Source of the DNA: an uncultured Gammaproteobacteria bacterium
GTDB lineage: Bacteria > Patescibacteriota > Patescibacteriia > UBA1558 > 2-01-FULL-52-15
Assembly: GCA_964422585.1 (NCBI GenBank)
Contig: CAYRBH010000001.1
Coordinates: forward strand, 11,728-75,727
Reading direction: 5' to 3'
Length of the DNA stretch: 64,000 bases
Both the position numbers and the translations under genes were made by a program. Shown piece by piece: positions 19,573-29,056 of this stretch. Below the pieces are notes generated by a model. It made no database searches. It was not told where the DNA came from and saw only the letters and a program-made list of their open reading frames with translations. The stretch's first letter is position 1. Each line of letters opens with the position of its first letter.

Positions 19573-21843
19573 ATGGATGAACAGCAGCCGATAGCCCCTC
19601 AACAGCAGCCGCAGCAGACTATGCCGGTGACAACCATGCCCGTGGTCCCGCAGCCGCTGAGTCCCTATACACCTAAGAAAGCCTCATGGGTCGTGCTCGT
19701 GGTCATACTGTTCGTCATCTTCGTCGGCTCCTATGCTGGAGCCGCTTTTTATTTTCAACTATGGCCTTTCCAGGGAGCAGGTCCCTTGAGTAAGCAACTC
19801 GCATTCGCAAATCTTTTTTCGAAGATACAGATGATCAATTCGGCTACCTATGAGGCACAAGTCGGCATACAGGCTGAGGCACGAGAGGCGGGAGCAACCG
19901 CTTTTGAACCAGTGACCTTTCCTGAGTTCGAGGCAGAAACAAAAATGTACCAGAACGATCAAAATAGAGTCCGCGACTTACAAGAGATACAGGCTGCACT
20001 CGCTGAGTATCATAAGCTTTCCCTGGTCTATCCGGCGCAATTGTCCTCACTAGCATCTCTGACCCCTGCGCATACGACCGATTTTACCTATACCCCAAAG
20101 CCAGAAGCGGATAACTATATACTCACCGTTACTTTCGAGACCGATGATGCTGTTAAGGCAGTCAATTATAGCACCGTGAAGGATGCTACGAAAGTGGATG
20201 GCAAGACTGTCGCATTCTCGAAAGGCAGCGGTACCTATTTTTACTTTTACGGTGAGCCTCAGAAGCCTTATTGGGTAACTGCTCTAGAGGATGGAGGAGA
20301 TAGCTATCTGGAGTATGCTCCTTCAGATTTTACTCTCAACCTGACTGTGGGAGGCACCTCACAGAAGAATCAGGACAAAGCCGCTGATGCAAATTTCCAT
20401 CTCGGTGGCGCCGCTACATTCGGCGATTTTAATGTCGCGGCAGATGTAGAGGTTCGCAAAAAAGCTGATGTCTACTATGGGGAGATTACCAAATTTCCAT
20501 CACTATTCCTTGACCTTTCGGCCATTAAGAATACATGGGTCAAAGTCACGCCTGATGACCTGATCAACTATGGTGATCTGCCCTATGTTGCTACCTTTGT
20601 AGGTGATAAGCAAAAGAAGAACAGCAGGGCGCTGGAGCAGATCCAGACTATTTTTAAGACCATGGATGAAGACAAGGTTTTGTCGGTAGATTTTAGTCTC
20701 CCTGATGAGATGATAGGGAAGGATCCCGAGTATGTCTATGCGGTGACCTATGATGAGACCAAAGTTGTTCCGTGGTATGAACACCTGTCTAAGGTGATGA
20801 AGGACACCTATGGTGATGACGCAATGATTAAGCTTGACGAGACATCATTGAAGTACATGAAGAGTGATTCCTTCCAGAAGTATTTGGCCTATATCAAGAA
20901 TAACACGACGATGCACATCGTCGTCGATAAGAAGTCCGGTTTCCCAATCAAGATTGAGTATCGATTCCGCGTTGTGCCAAGCGATAAGGTTACGAAGCTT
21001 AAGGATAAGCAATTTAGCCTGAATCTAGGTCTTACGTTGAGCAATATCAATACGCCGATCGTAGTCGAAGAGCCGAAAAATGCCATCAGCTTTGAAGATG
21101 CCCAGCTTGCGCTGACGGGCCAGACACATGAGGAGTATCAGTTTAACAAGCAGCGCACCAACATCGAGACCATTCAAAGCTCATTGGCCGGCTACCATGA
21201 GTATACTGGCGTATATCCTGATACCTTGGATCAATTAACCACACCCCGAGGTCAGCTGCAGAAAGCTCCTCCGAAACCAAGTTCGTCCGGCGGAGTATCG
21301 ATAGATTTCCCCGCAAGCTTTTCTGGTTTCAGTGATTCCGGTAACTCTGAGTATGAGACACAGTTAGCACTACAACCATTCCTCAAGACCGTGCCAAAGG
21401 ACATATTCACTTCAGCAGCCTATACGTATGCAAAGAATGCTGATGGCAAGGACTATACGCTGCGGTATAGTATGACTATTCCAAAAAAGAGCAAGACAGC
21501 ATCTGCTGCCAGTGGAGGAGGGATCCTTGGCTCATATCAAAGTTTCGGCGTGAATGATGCTGTTTCCTTTGTGAATGGCACTAACACTGCCTCAGCAAAA
21601 GTACTTTCAACTGAGGCGCAGGCCGCATTAAAGATTGACACCGATAAGGACGGCTTGCCTGATATTGTTGAGGCATACTATGGTTCTGATCCCAATAAGA
21701 AAGACTCGGATGGAGATGGCTATACTGATGGCGATGAAGTCAAGAAAGGCTATGACCCGGCAGGTCCGGGTAAGCTGGATTACAATGATATCTGGTACTC
21801 ATCATACTCTTCATCTCCGGATTATCCTTCGTATATACAGTAA
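19573..21843 (+). CDS. large membrane/surface protein with P/Q-rich N-terminus, one TM, two internal pilin-like (GspG-like) segments and C-terminal thrombospondin-type-3-like Ca-binding repeats
   Basis: 756 aa. TM at ~aa 38-62. Motifs VRDLQEIQAALAEYHKLSLVYPAQL and IETIQSSLAGYHEYTGVYPDTL resemble the pseudopilin alpha-beta loop. C-terminus DTDKDGLPD../DSDGDGYTDGDE. Confidence 0.55.
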   Translation: MDEQQPIAPQQQPQQTMPVTTMPVVPQPLSPYTPKKASWVVLVVILFVIFVGSYAGAAFYFQLWPFQGAGPLSKQLAFANLFSKIQMINSATYEAQVGIQAEAREAGATAFEPVTFPEFEAETKMYQNDQNRVRDLQEIQAALAEYHKLSLVYPAQLSSLASLTPAHTTDFTYTPKPEADNYILTVTFETDDAVKAVNYSTVKDATKVDGKTVAFSKGSGTYFYFYGEPQKPYWVTALEDGGDSYLEYAPSDFTLNLTVGGTSQKNQDKAADANFHLGGAATFGDFNVAADVEVRKKADVYYGEITKFPSLFLDLSAIKNTWVKVTPDDLINYGDLPYVATFVGDKQKKNSRALEQIQTIFKTMDEDKVLSVDFSLPDEMIGKDPEYVYAVTYDETKVVPWYEHLSKVMKDTYGDDAMIKLDETSLKYMKSDSFQKYLAYIKNNTTMHIVVDKKSGFPIKIEYRFRVVPSDKVTKLKDKQFSLNLGLTLSNINTPIVVEEPKNAISFEDAQLALTGQTHEEYQFNKQRTNIETIQSSLAGYHEYTGVYPDTLDQLTTPRGQLQKAPPKPSSSGGVSIDFPASFSGFSDSGNSEYETQLALQPFLKTVPKDIFTSAAYTYAKNADGKDYTLRYSMTIPKKSKTASAASGGGILGSYQSFGVNDAVSFVNGTNTASAKVLSTEAQAALKIDTDKDGLPDIVEAYYGSDPNKKDSDGDGYTDGDEVKKGYDPAGPGKLDYNDIWYSSYSSSPDYPSYIQ

Positions 21844-21877
21844 GCGGAGTACTATACCATTTATTTTATGACGCATA

Positions 21878-21906
21878 CTACCATGCTTTATCATAGAGCA
21901 TGGTAG
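21878..21906 (+). terminator. stem-loop (10-bp perfect stem) downstream of the 756-aa gene
   Basis: CTACCATGCT-ttatcatag-AGCATGGTAG; no clear U-tract. Confidence 0.3.
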
Positions 21907-22262
21907 AGTGGGAGATGAGCACAACATTGGCTGGTATCGGTTGGTCTTGTCTAATGAGGCTATTGAGACGCCTAGGACGGTTTTCCTACAGAATGCTATA
22001 CAGGAGTCAGATTGTGACCAGAGGCATTTCATACTTGATCTTAAAGGTATGTAGATACGTCTCAGTGTTGTTTTGGCAGATGTCTTCAAGAAATAATAAT
22101 AGATTCTATGTACTTCATCATGCATGAAGCGCTCTGTAAAGGCATAACTATGACGGTGGAGTTGGCTATAAGGCCCTCGACAGGCATTGTATAGTGGTAT
22201 ATACTAACTGAGTATAATATCCCAAACACTCGGTTTAAATCATGCTATAATCACTCAAGCCT

Positions 22263-23207
22263 ATGCCTGACTCCCCACTTCCGAAAAAAGAGACCTTCTT
22301 GCGGTTTTTGCAGAGCAACAACTATTCTGCGGAGACTCTATTGAATTATGAACGTGATCTTACGACGTTCGAGAATTTTTTACAGTATCAGAAGACCAGA
22401 TTTGCATCGATGAAAAAGTCGACTATCGAAGACTATAAGGCCTACCTCTACTCTATCAATAGGCGTACCGCCAAAGGACTCAAAGTGCATAGCAAGCTTT
22501 CCAGTTTTTCTGTGAACCGAATGCTCTCTTCCTTGCGGAACTATCTCAAGTTCATGATCGATATGGATGAGAAAGTACCGCTAGCGCCTGAGGCCATTAA
22601 ATTGATCCGCACCGATAAGAAACATGGGCGTGTTGCCGAGCTTGAGGAACTTATCAAGCTTATCGAGGCGCCTGAAACATTGGAAAAAGATAAAACAGTT
22701 GGCATCCGTAATCGCGCTATGCTTGAGATGCTCTTTGCCACAGGGATGCGTATTTCAGAGCTCTTAAGCCTGAAGCGCGATCAGATTGATTATAGGTCTG
22801 GTAAGATCTTTATCAAGGGCAAGGGCAAGAAGGAGCGCTTCGTATATCTCACAGAACGCGCTTTACAACAGGTCGATAGGTATTTGAGAGAACGTAAGGA
22901 TCGATTACCCCATCTCTGGATTCCTCTACGTGGTAGAAATACTGGCAGTAACTTTAAAGGGATCTCTTCAAATTATCTGCAAGCAAAAATCAAAGAGTAT
23001 CGCGAGGTGCTCAATATTAATGTACCAACCAGCGCGCATAGCTTACGCCACGGCTTCGCTACCTATTTAGCTGAGTCAGGTGCGAACCCTGCGGCTATCC
23101 AGGTACTGCTCGGTCACGAATCGCTTGATACCACGACACGCTATGTACATGCGTCTGATAGATATGCCGAGGCAGAACATCAAAAGTTCCACCCCTTGAA
23201 GAAGTAG
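22263..23207 (+). CDS. tyrosine recombinase / site-specific integrase (XerC/XerD family)
   Basis: N-terminal SAM-like domain; C-terminal catalytic residues in R...HSLRHGFAT...LLGHES..TTRYVHA. Confidence 0.85.
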   Translation: MPDSPLPKKETFLRFLQSNNYSAETLLNYERDLTTFENFLQYQKTRFASMKKSTIEDYKAYLYSINRRTAKGLKVHSKLSSFSVNRMLSSLRNYLKFMIDMDEKVPLAPEAIKLIRTDKKHGRVAELEELIKLIEAPETLEKDKTVGIRNRAMLEMLFATGMRISELLSLKRDQIDYRSGKIFIKGKGKKERFVYLTERALQQVDRYLRERKDRLPHLWIPLRGRNTGSNFKGISSNYLQAKIKEYREVLNINVPTSAHSLRHGFATYLAESGANPAAIQVLLGHESLDTTTRYVHASDRYAEAEHQKFHPLKK

Positions 23208-23228
23208 AACTCACAACGGCTTAGTCAG

Positions 23229-23392
23229 TACATGGAATGAGGCAGGAAGTGCGCGATTGTTTGCGCCCATTCTCCCTGCCTCAAGTCGGATGTTTGCGGG
23301 ACAAATCGTCTCCTTTCCCGCTCCCTCCGTCCTTCTGGACGGATAGGCCGCTCGGAGTTGAGCTTCCAGATCCGACTTGACCTCAACTTACC
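23229..23392. other. highly structured non-coding segment immediately 3' of the recombinase gene (nested inverted repeats); candidate recombination site or small structured RNA
   Basis: Pairings read in sequence: GAGGCAGG (23229-36) with CCTGCCTC (23263-70); TCAAGTCGGA (23271-80) with TCCGACTTGA (23361-70); TCCGTCC/GGACGGA hairpin (23316-33); CTCAAC/GTTGAG (23372-92). Confidence 0.35.
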
Positions 23393-23574
23393 CTTGTTGA
23401 GAAAAATAAGTCAAGTAGTTCTGTCAAAACAATAAGATACTATAACTTTTATTGGCCTTTGTGCTATACTTTTCTTCAAAAGTAAGGATTCCGTTAGGTG
23501 CTTCGTCATGTATTCTGCAGCGATTGGTCGATTCCTGCAGTAAGCTTCATTAATATATATAATCTAACAACTAT

Positions 23575-24048
23575 ATGAGGAATAAAATCATTGGTTTACT
23601 CTCTTTCGTGGCTGTTATTAGTAGCTTCGTCCTTGCGCCGATCAGTGCTACTCAAGCTCAGGTTTCTATCGATTATCCTTCGATGAACACCAATACCCAT
23701 AAGCCAACCGTAACAACAGTCGATCTGGTATGTATGCAAAATGCGGTTGATAAGCGAGATACTGCTATTATGAGCGCTCTGGACACCTATACAGCAGCGG
23801 CAAAGACTGCTCTGCAGACGCGCAAAGATGAGTTGAAGGCCGGGTGGGCCCTCACCGATGTCAAGGCAAGGAATGCCGCATTGAAAGCTGCTTGGAAAAA
23901 GTATCGTGATGCCATCCGTGTAGCTCGTAAGACCTTTAGGGATGCGAAGCGTGCTGACTGGAGGCAGTTCACGACCGATCGCAAAGCATGCAGAAGTACA
24001 GCAAGCTCAGATGATAGCGCTGGCCAAGGAGTTGACGAAACCTTGTAA
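23575..24048 (+). CDS. hypothetical secreted protein (signal peptide, Ala/Lys-rich helical)
   Basis: 157 aa with N-terminal signal peptide LLSFVAVISSFVLAPISATQA; no known motif. Confidence 0.4.
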   Translation: MRNKIIGLLSFVAVISSFVLAPISATQAQVSIDYPSMNTNTHKPTVTTVDLVCMQNAVDKRDTAIMSALDTYTAAAKTALQTRKDELKAGWALTDVKARNAALKAAWKKYRDAIRVARKTFRDAKRADWRQFTTDRKACRSTASSDDSAGQGVDETL

Positions 24049-24068
24049 TTGGAAGTGGTCACACTAAC

Positions 24069-24097
24069 AATCCAGCCCCGCACTGCGGGGCTGGATT
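24069..24097 (+). terminator. Rho-independent terminator (13-bp GC-rich stem + T-tract) between convergent genes
   Basis: AATCCAGCCCCGC-act-GCGGGGCTGGATT followed by GTTTTGTTG. Confidence 0.6.
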
Positions 24098-24113
24098 GTT
24101 TTGTTGCTGATAG

Positions 24114-24635
24114 CTATTTAATGCTCAGAAGCTCTATATCGAAGAGTAAGGTCGCTTTTGGCGGGATAACAGGCGGATAGCCGGTGTCACCATAGCCGAG
24201 GCTTGAAGGAATAGTCAACTTACGCTCCTCGCCTACTTTCATACCAAGCACGCCCTGCTCCCATCCTTGAATAACTTTGTTTTCACCTAAGGTGAATGAA
24301 AAGGGAGTTCCACGATCACGGCTAGAATCAAACTTTGTTCCATCAGTCAGTGTCCCGGTGTAGTGGACAGTAGCTGTGTCGCCCGTTTTTGCAGCAGGTC
24401 CGCTCCCCTGCTTGATGGTTTCAATACCTAGCGTATCCATAGATGGTTGGTTATCACTTGGTTGATTAGTGTCAGCCGTTGGCTGGTTAGTAGCAGGCTG
24501 TTGATCTGTAGTAGTGAGGGCGGCATTTGAATTAGAGTTTGTGCTTGCTGGCGATTGCATGAGAAATACTAGCAGTACAATGACGACGACTGCAAGTACG
24601 CCGACGATGATCATTATTTTCTTTTGCTGATGCAT
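24114..24635 (-). CDS. FKBP-type peptidyl-prolyl cis-trans isomerase
   Basis: C-terminal FKBP domain ..[14 protein letters not shown]...[32 protein letters not shown]; N-terminal TM plus low-complexity linker. Confidence 0.85.
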   Translation of the reverse strand: MHQQKKIMIIVGVLAVVVIVLLVFLMQSPASTNSNSNAALTTTDQQPATNQPTADTNQPSDNQPSMDTLGIETIKQGSGPAAKTGDTATVHYTGTLTDGTKFDSSRDRGTPFSFTLGENKVIQGWEQGVLGMKVGEERKLTIPSSLGYGDTGYPPVIPPKATLLFDIELLSIK

Positions 24636-24705
24636 ATGGTTTGCGTTTGTTTAGTTGCTAGCTGTGAGAGTATAACATTTTCAAGGGTAAAATCAAGAAT
24701 ACTAG

Positions 24706-25878
24706 CTAGCCTGGGAGAAGTCCGGCACTGGTATAGCGGTTCGATGCATTCCAGAGCGTCCAACCATCCGTATATTTTGACTCCTCGATGGCTTTGATCT
24801 GCGCGCGGATCTTATCAGCGTCATAGATAGCTCCAAGGTTGAAGGCTTGTACCCAGGGGCGGAGTTTCGAATGAGTAGCGGCCGCCATGATACTCTCAGA
24901 TTTGGTCAAGCCATTATGCACGACGTCATATGGATGATCAGCCGGATTCTCGAACTGCATATACCCCTTCGGATAATGCGATGGGTACGTCATAGGACAA
25001 ATATAGTCGACAGTATCGACGGCAGAAGTTAGTTTCTGTCCGATGTTCATATCAAAATCATGGGTTTCAAGAGTCAGTCCAAACAGGTCGAATGAGGTAT
25101 AGGCAGGTTCGTCCTGCAGCTGCTGATGTACATAGTGATAGAAATTATACATTGTCGTAGCCTTGTCTTTCTGCAGATTAGCATAGACAGCTGCTTTAAT
25201 GTTGCCATCACTGGGGAAACGCACATAGTCAAAATTAATCTCATCAAAGCCAAGCTGTATTGCTTCTTTGGCGATTGACATGTTGTATTTCCAGATACCG
25301 GTAACCGTCGGGTCGACCCAGGATAAACCCTTATAATCCTTCCAGAGCCCTCCTCCCGCTGTTTTTATCGCCCAGTCGGGTTTTGCTTTCGCGAGTACAG
25401 GGTCTTGGAAAACTGTCTGCCGCGCGATGACATAGATGCCAGCATTCCTGAATTCATCGATGACCGAACGCATATCTTTGATGATCGGATTATTCGTTTT
25501 GAGCGTCCGTACGAGCGGAATGTTACTTCTATAGAGCACATAGCCGCTATAGTCCTTGATGTCTATAACGACGGCATTGAGCTCTGTTTTTTTGATAAGG
25601 TCGATGATCTCGGCTCGCTTCTTAGGTGACGCAGCTGAATAGGCGGTGAGGTACAGACCTTTCACGAGTACAGGTTCGGGTTTCTCGAGGCGTTGTGGTG
25701 GGGGCACCACTTCCCTGGTTTGAGCTAAGGCGGTGTGATAGCTATCTAATTCATTGATAATGGCCCTGCTGTATAAGCTAATGGAAGCGCAGACTATAAT
25801 GCCAATAGTTGTAATAAGAAGCAGATAGAGCTTGGTATTCCCTTGGGACATACTGCTATACAGGGTACTTGAAAGCAA
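24706..25878 (-). CDS. putative glycoside-hydrolase-like TIM-barrel protein (DUF4015/GHL-type), membrane-anchored
   Basis: N-terminal TM; ..LNAVVIDIKD..GxxY.. pattern resembling GH-like families. Family assignment is tentative. Confidence 0.45.
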   Translation of the reverse strand: MLSSTLYSSMSQGNTKLYLLLITTIGIIVCASISLYSRAIINELDSYHTALAQTREVVPPPQRLEKPEPVLVKGLYLTAYSAASPKKRAEIIDLIKKTELNAVVIDIKDYSGYVLYRSNIPLVRTLKTNNPIIKDMRSVIDEFRNAGIYVIARQTVFQDPVLAKAKPDWAIKTAGGGLWKDYKGLSWVDPTVTGIWKYNMSIAKEAIQLGFDEINFDYVRFPSDGNIKAAVYANLQKDKATTMYNFYHYVHQQLQDEPAYTSFDLFGLTLETHDFDMNIGQKLTSAVDTVDYICPMTYPSHYPKGYMQFENPADHPYDVVHNGLTKSESIMAAATHSKLRPWVQAFNLGAIYDADKIRAQIKAIEESKYTDGWTLWNASNRYTSAGLLPG

Positions 25879-25900
25879 ACTAGTTGTAAATTAGCCTATA

Positions 25901-25929
25901 TTGACATTTTAATTAATTTGATGTATAAT
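25901..25929 (+). promoter_or_regulatory. consensus sigma70 promoter (TTGACA-17-TATAAT) driving a small opposite-strand ORF
   Basis: TTGACA 25901-25906, 17-nt spacer, TATAAT 25924-25929; followed by AAGGGAGGG RBS 6 nt before the ATG at 25973. Confidence 0.55.
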
Positions 25930-25972
25930 ATAAATATAGTGAAGTTCATCTTTTTTCAAGGGAGGGCACACA

Positions 25973-26224
25973 ATGACCCATTGGCAGCTTGCTCGCTGGA
26001 TCGAAGCTTGGGCCATTGAAGAACTTGGGCCCGATTGCGGGATAACCGCAAAGGCACTGAAGGAGGGATTCTCGAGGGATCTGCTCTACTCTGACTGGGT
26101 CAGATGCAATGCTGACCATACCTACATTCCTGTTTCTATCAGGAGCCTGCGGCGAGGACAAGCTCGGAGTCAACCGGCGGTCGTGGTAGATCGCATGAGG
26201 CTCGCGGCGAATGACCGTGACTAG
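25973..26224 (+). CDS. hypothetical small protein (83 aa), GC-rich, opposite orientation to flanking genes
   Basis: Perfect promoter + strong SD (AAGGGAGGG-cacaca-ATG) + downstream terminator hairpin; no recognisable domain. Confidence 0.4.
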   Translation: MTHWQLARWIEAWAIEELGPDCGITAKALKEGFSRDLLYSDWVRCNADHTYIPVSIRSLRRGQARSQPAVVVDRMRLAANDRD

Positions 26225-26254
26225 AGGCGATTTCGCCTTCAGATGACACAACGG

Positions 26255-26290
26255 CCCGAATGGGAAACCATCGGGTCGTTTTTCGTTGCG
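26255..26290 (+). terminator. Rho-independent terminator (bulged stem with GAAA tetraloop + T5)
   Basis: CCCGAATGG-gaaa-CCATCGGG followed by TCGTTTTT. Confidence 0.5.
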
Positions 26291-26295
26291 TAAGA

Positions 26296-27642
26296 TTATT
26301 GTGGGAGATAGTTCAACGGATTGACCGGGATACCGTTCAGTCGGACTTCGAAATGCAGATGCGGTCCAGTAGTGAAAGGTCCAGCTCCGGGCGTACCTGG
26401 TGTCGCGCCTGACTTTCCTATGATCTGTCCTTGGGTCACGAATGTGCCCTCAGTGACATCAATCTCACTGACATGGCCATACACCGTTGATATGCCATTG
26501 TCGTGAATGAGCATGATGTAGCTGTATCCCATGCCCCCATCTTTAGCCCGGGCAACATACCCTGATGCCGCAGCTGCGATTGGTGTTCCTTGCGGCGTTG
26601 CTATATCGATAGCAGGATGCTCGAACACATTGCGAAAAGGATAATCAGGGTCATGGAAATAGGCAGTGATCCTTCGTGAGGCGATAGGCCAGATCATAGG
26701 GCCTGCGCCCAGATCTTTGATCGTACCCGCTTGTATCTGGCGGTTGAGCTTCTCTCGTGCGACCTGCTCGAGACTCACGATATCATTGTTCGTTCGTTCT
26801 TGCTGGTCTTTGAGGTCTTGTAATAAGGACTGATATTTACCTTCCTGACCTTTGGTCTCATCGATCAGGTCTGATTTTGCAGCCTTTTGACTTTCGAGCA
26901 TATCTGTTTTCGAGGCTAGGTCGTCCTGGAGATTATTGAGGTCAGTCTTATTGCTATCCAGACTGCTTTGTTCATTAACAAGAGCCATCTTGAGCGTTCC
27001 AAGTGAATCGATACCATTGAGAACGCCGCCTTGGATGCTCTGGAGATGCTGTAATTGTGACAGATAGTCGCTCAGATCATTATTGGTGGCCAGGATCATG
27101 ACCAGATTATCCTGCCGATCATTCTGGTACAAAGCACGCACGAGTTCGGCCAGATGACCTTTCTGTTCATTGACCTGCTCTTCCGTGGCTTGGATCTTCA
27201 ATTTATTATTTTCGATGCGCAGATTGATCTCATCGACCTCAGCTTCCAGAGCTTGTTTTTCGAGTGATATCTTCGTTATGGTCTCATTGAGTGTCGAGAT
27301 TTGGTAGTTCAGAGAAGCGACCTGCCGCTGTTTCGAGGCGAGGCTCTTTTGGTATAGATCTGCTTGCTGCTTCAGAGAATCAGCTTCTTTGCGTTTATCA
27401 TTGATTTGTTGGTTCAGTTGCCATATTTCCTGATCATAATTGGCATTGAGGTTAAGTTCGACTGCGGCATAGGCGCCGGATATCATATATAAAAAAATCC
27501 CTAAGAATACGCCCAGGGATATCCGCGATAAGTATTTTTTTGTTTGTATATTAGCCAAAAGCATAGAGTGTCCTGACTCTAGTATAGCACACAAAGCTTT
27601 TATTTGGAAGATTAGTTCAAGCAATTTTCTTTGCTTTTTCAA
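26296..27642 (-). CDS. M23 family peptidoglycan metalloendopeptidase with N-terminal coiled-coil (EnvC-like)
   Basis: Long coiled-coil region, then the C-terminal M23 domain ..HPAIDIATPQGTPI..GYVAR..GHLHFEVR.. Confidence 0.8.
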   Translation of the reverse strand: MKKQRKLLELIFQIKALCAILESGHSMLLANIQTKKYLSRISLGVFLGIFLYMISGAYAAVELNLNANYDQEIWQLNQQINDKRKEADSLKQQADLYQKSLASKQRQVASLNYQISTLNETITKISLEKQALEAEVDEINLRIENNKLKIQATEEQVNEQKGHLAELVRALYQNDRQDNLVMILATNNDLSDYLSQLQHLQSIQGGVLNGIDSLGTLKMALVNEQSSLDSNKTDLNNLQDDLASKTDMLESQKAAKSDLIDETKGQEGKYQSLLQDLKDQQERTNNDIVSLEQVAREKLNRQIQAGTIKDLGAGPMIWPIASRRITAYFHDPDYPFRNVFEHPAIDIATPQGTPIAAAASGYVARAKDGGMGYSYIMLIHDNGISTVYGHVSEIDVTEGTFVTQGQIIGKSGATPGTPGAGPFTTGPHLHFEVRLNGIPVNPLNYLPQ

Positions 27643-29056
27643 TTGCTTGCTGCAGTCGAGCTAAGGTCTCAGGCTTTCCTAGGAAAGCTGCTATCTCTGT
27701 CGGCGCAGGACTCGCAGTAAGCCCTGAGAGTGCCACACGAAGTGGCCAGAATACATCACCAGGTTGTAACCCCGCCTCTTCCGTTGCCTTCTTTAAGGCA
27801 AGTTCTAGATTGATATGAGTCCATTCTTGTGTGAAGTCTTCGAGGATCGTGCGAGCGAGCATCAGACCTTGTCGGGTCATATCGGGCGTACTTTTTTTGA
27901 AAACTAAAAGTTTTGGATCATAGTGCGGCAGCTTCCAGAGGAAATGAGCGAGCACTGGCAGCTCGGCCAGATGCGTTATGCGCTCAAAGAACAGGTTAAA
28001 GACCGCCACTTGCTGATCAGGCGCTATACCCGGCAGGAATGGGGCGAGCTCCTTTTGCAGTTCTTTTGGCGACTTTGGTGCTAGAATGTTCTTGATATAC
28101 CAGCTATTGTACCAATGCAGCTTATCGATGCTAAAAATAGCACCAGCAGAATGTATCTTGGTCAGTTCGAATGCCTGGATCAATTCATCCAGTGAAAATA
28201 TTTCTCTATCATCGCCAGGGTTCCATCCCAAGAAAGCAACATAGTTTAGTATCGCTTCCTTCAGATACCCCTTGGTGAGGTACTGTTCGACCGCGACATC
28301 ACCTTGGCGTTTAGAAAGCTTCGATCGGTCAGGATTCAAGATCAGTGGTAGATGACAGAAGTGCGGGAGATCGAATCCAAAGTATTCATACAGCAGGATA
28401 TGCAGCGGGAATGAAGGTATCCACTCCTCGCCTCGGATCACATGCGTGATATGCATCAGGTGATCATCGACCACATTCGCTAAATGGTACGTTGGTATAC
28501 CATCTGACTTGAGAAGTACCGCGTCATTCAAAGTTGCGCTGTCGAATGTAAGTGCGCCGTGCACGCTGTCCTCAGCCGTAATGGTCCGTGGTTGTTCTGG
28601 TAAGGCGATACGTACTACATGTGGCAGATTATCCGCGAGGTTTTTTTGTATTATTTCTTCAGGGAGTGTTCGACAGTGACCGTCATAGCGCGGCGGAAGC
28701 TTGCGTGCTTGCTGCGATTCTCGTAGCTCAGTGAGCCGCTTTTCGGTGCAGAAGCAGTAGTAGGCTTTTTTCTTAGCTAGTAAGCGCTGTGCATGTTCAC
28801 GGTAGACGCCAGTCTTGGCATGGTCAGATTGTATAACGATGTCCCCATCAGGGCGCATCCCGAACATCGACAGAGTGTCGATCAATGCTTGCGTCGCTCC
28901 GGGCACTTCTCGCTTCTGATCAGTATCCTCAATGCGCAATAAAAAGCTGCCGTTATGCTTCTTCGCCCAGAGATAACTGAACAAGGCAGTGCGGAGGCTG
29001 CCGATATGAAGGTAACCAGTGGGAGAGGGAGCAAATCTAGTCAATATTTTTTTCAT
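27617..29056 (-). CDS. gltX: glutamyl-tRNA synthetase
   Basis: RFAPSPTGYLHIGSLRTALF...RIEDTD; class I HIGH and KMSKS-like (KLSKRQG). Confidence 0.9.
   Translation of the reverse strand: MKKILTRFAPSPTGYLHIGSLRTALFSYLWAKKHNGSFLLRIEDTDQKREVPGATQALIDTLSMFGMRPDGDIVIQSDHAKTGVYREHAQRLLAKKKAYYCFCTEKRLTELRESQQARKLPPRYDGHCRTLPEEIIQKNLADNLPHVVRIALPEQPRTITAEDSVHGALTFDSATLNDAVLLKSDGIPTYHLANVVDDHLMHITHVIRGEEWIPSFPLHILLYEYFGFDLPHFCHLPLILNPDRSKLSKRQGDVAVEQYLTKGYLKEAILNYVAFLGWNPGDDREIFSLDELIQAFELTKIHSAGAIFSIDKLHWYNSWYIKNILAPKSPKELQKELAPFLPGIAPDQQVAVFNLFFERITHLAELPVLAHFLWKLPHYDPKLLVFKKSTPDMTRQGLMLARTILEDFTQEWTHINLELALKKATEEAGLQPGDVFWPLRVALSGLTASPAPTEIAAFLGKPETLARLQQAIEKAKKIA

Noticed and set aside
21811-22127. 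ORFs 21811..22125 (-) and 21900..22127 (+) in the gap before the recombinase
   Set aside because: They are mutually overlapping, lack RBS and convincing composition, and lie in an AT-rich intergenic region with promoter-like TATAAT elements. They are treated as non-coding.
22263-24100. Integrated mobile element delimited by the tyrosine recombinase
   Set aside because: I found no flanking direct repeats or att duplication by eye, and there is no phage or transposase cargo. The recombinase looks like a chromosomal XerC/D-type enzyme. It is kept only as a structured-site finding, not called a mobile element.
25946-26251. 101-aa minus-strand ORF overlapping the 83-aa plus-strand ORF
   Set aside because: It has no promoter or RBS, and its translation is not protein-like (Pro/Arg/Ser-rich, low complexity). 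It is most likely a by-product of elevated GC in this segment, and the plus-strand ORF has the complete expression signals.
25880-26295. Possible RNase P RNA, tmRNA or SRP RNA in the 416-bp GC-rich gap
   Set aside because: I searched both strands by eye for the P4 motifs (GGAAAGUCCGG / ACAGAA..GGCUUA), the tmRNA tRNA-like end (GGUUCGA.UCC...CCACCA) and the SRP domain IV (AGGAAGCAGCC), and found none. A protein-coding reading with promoter, SD and terminator fits better.
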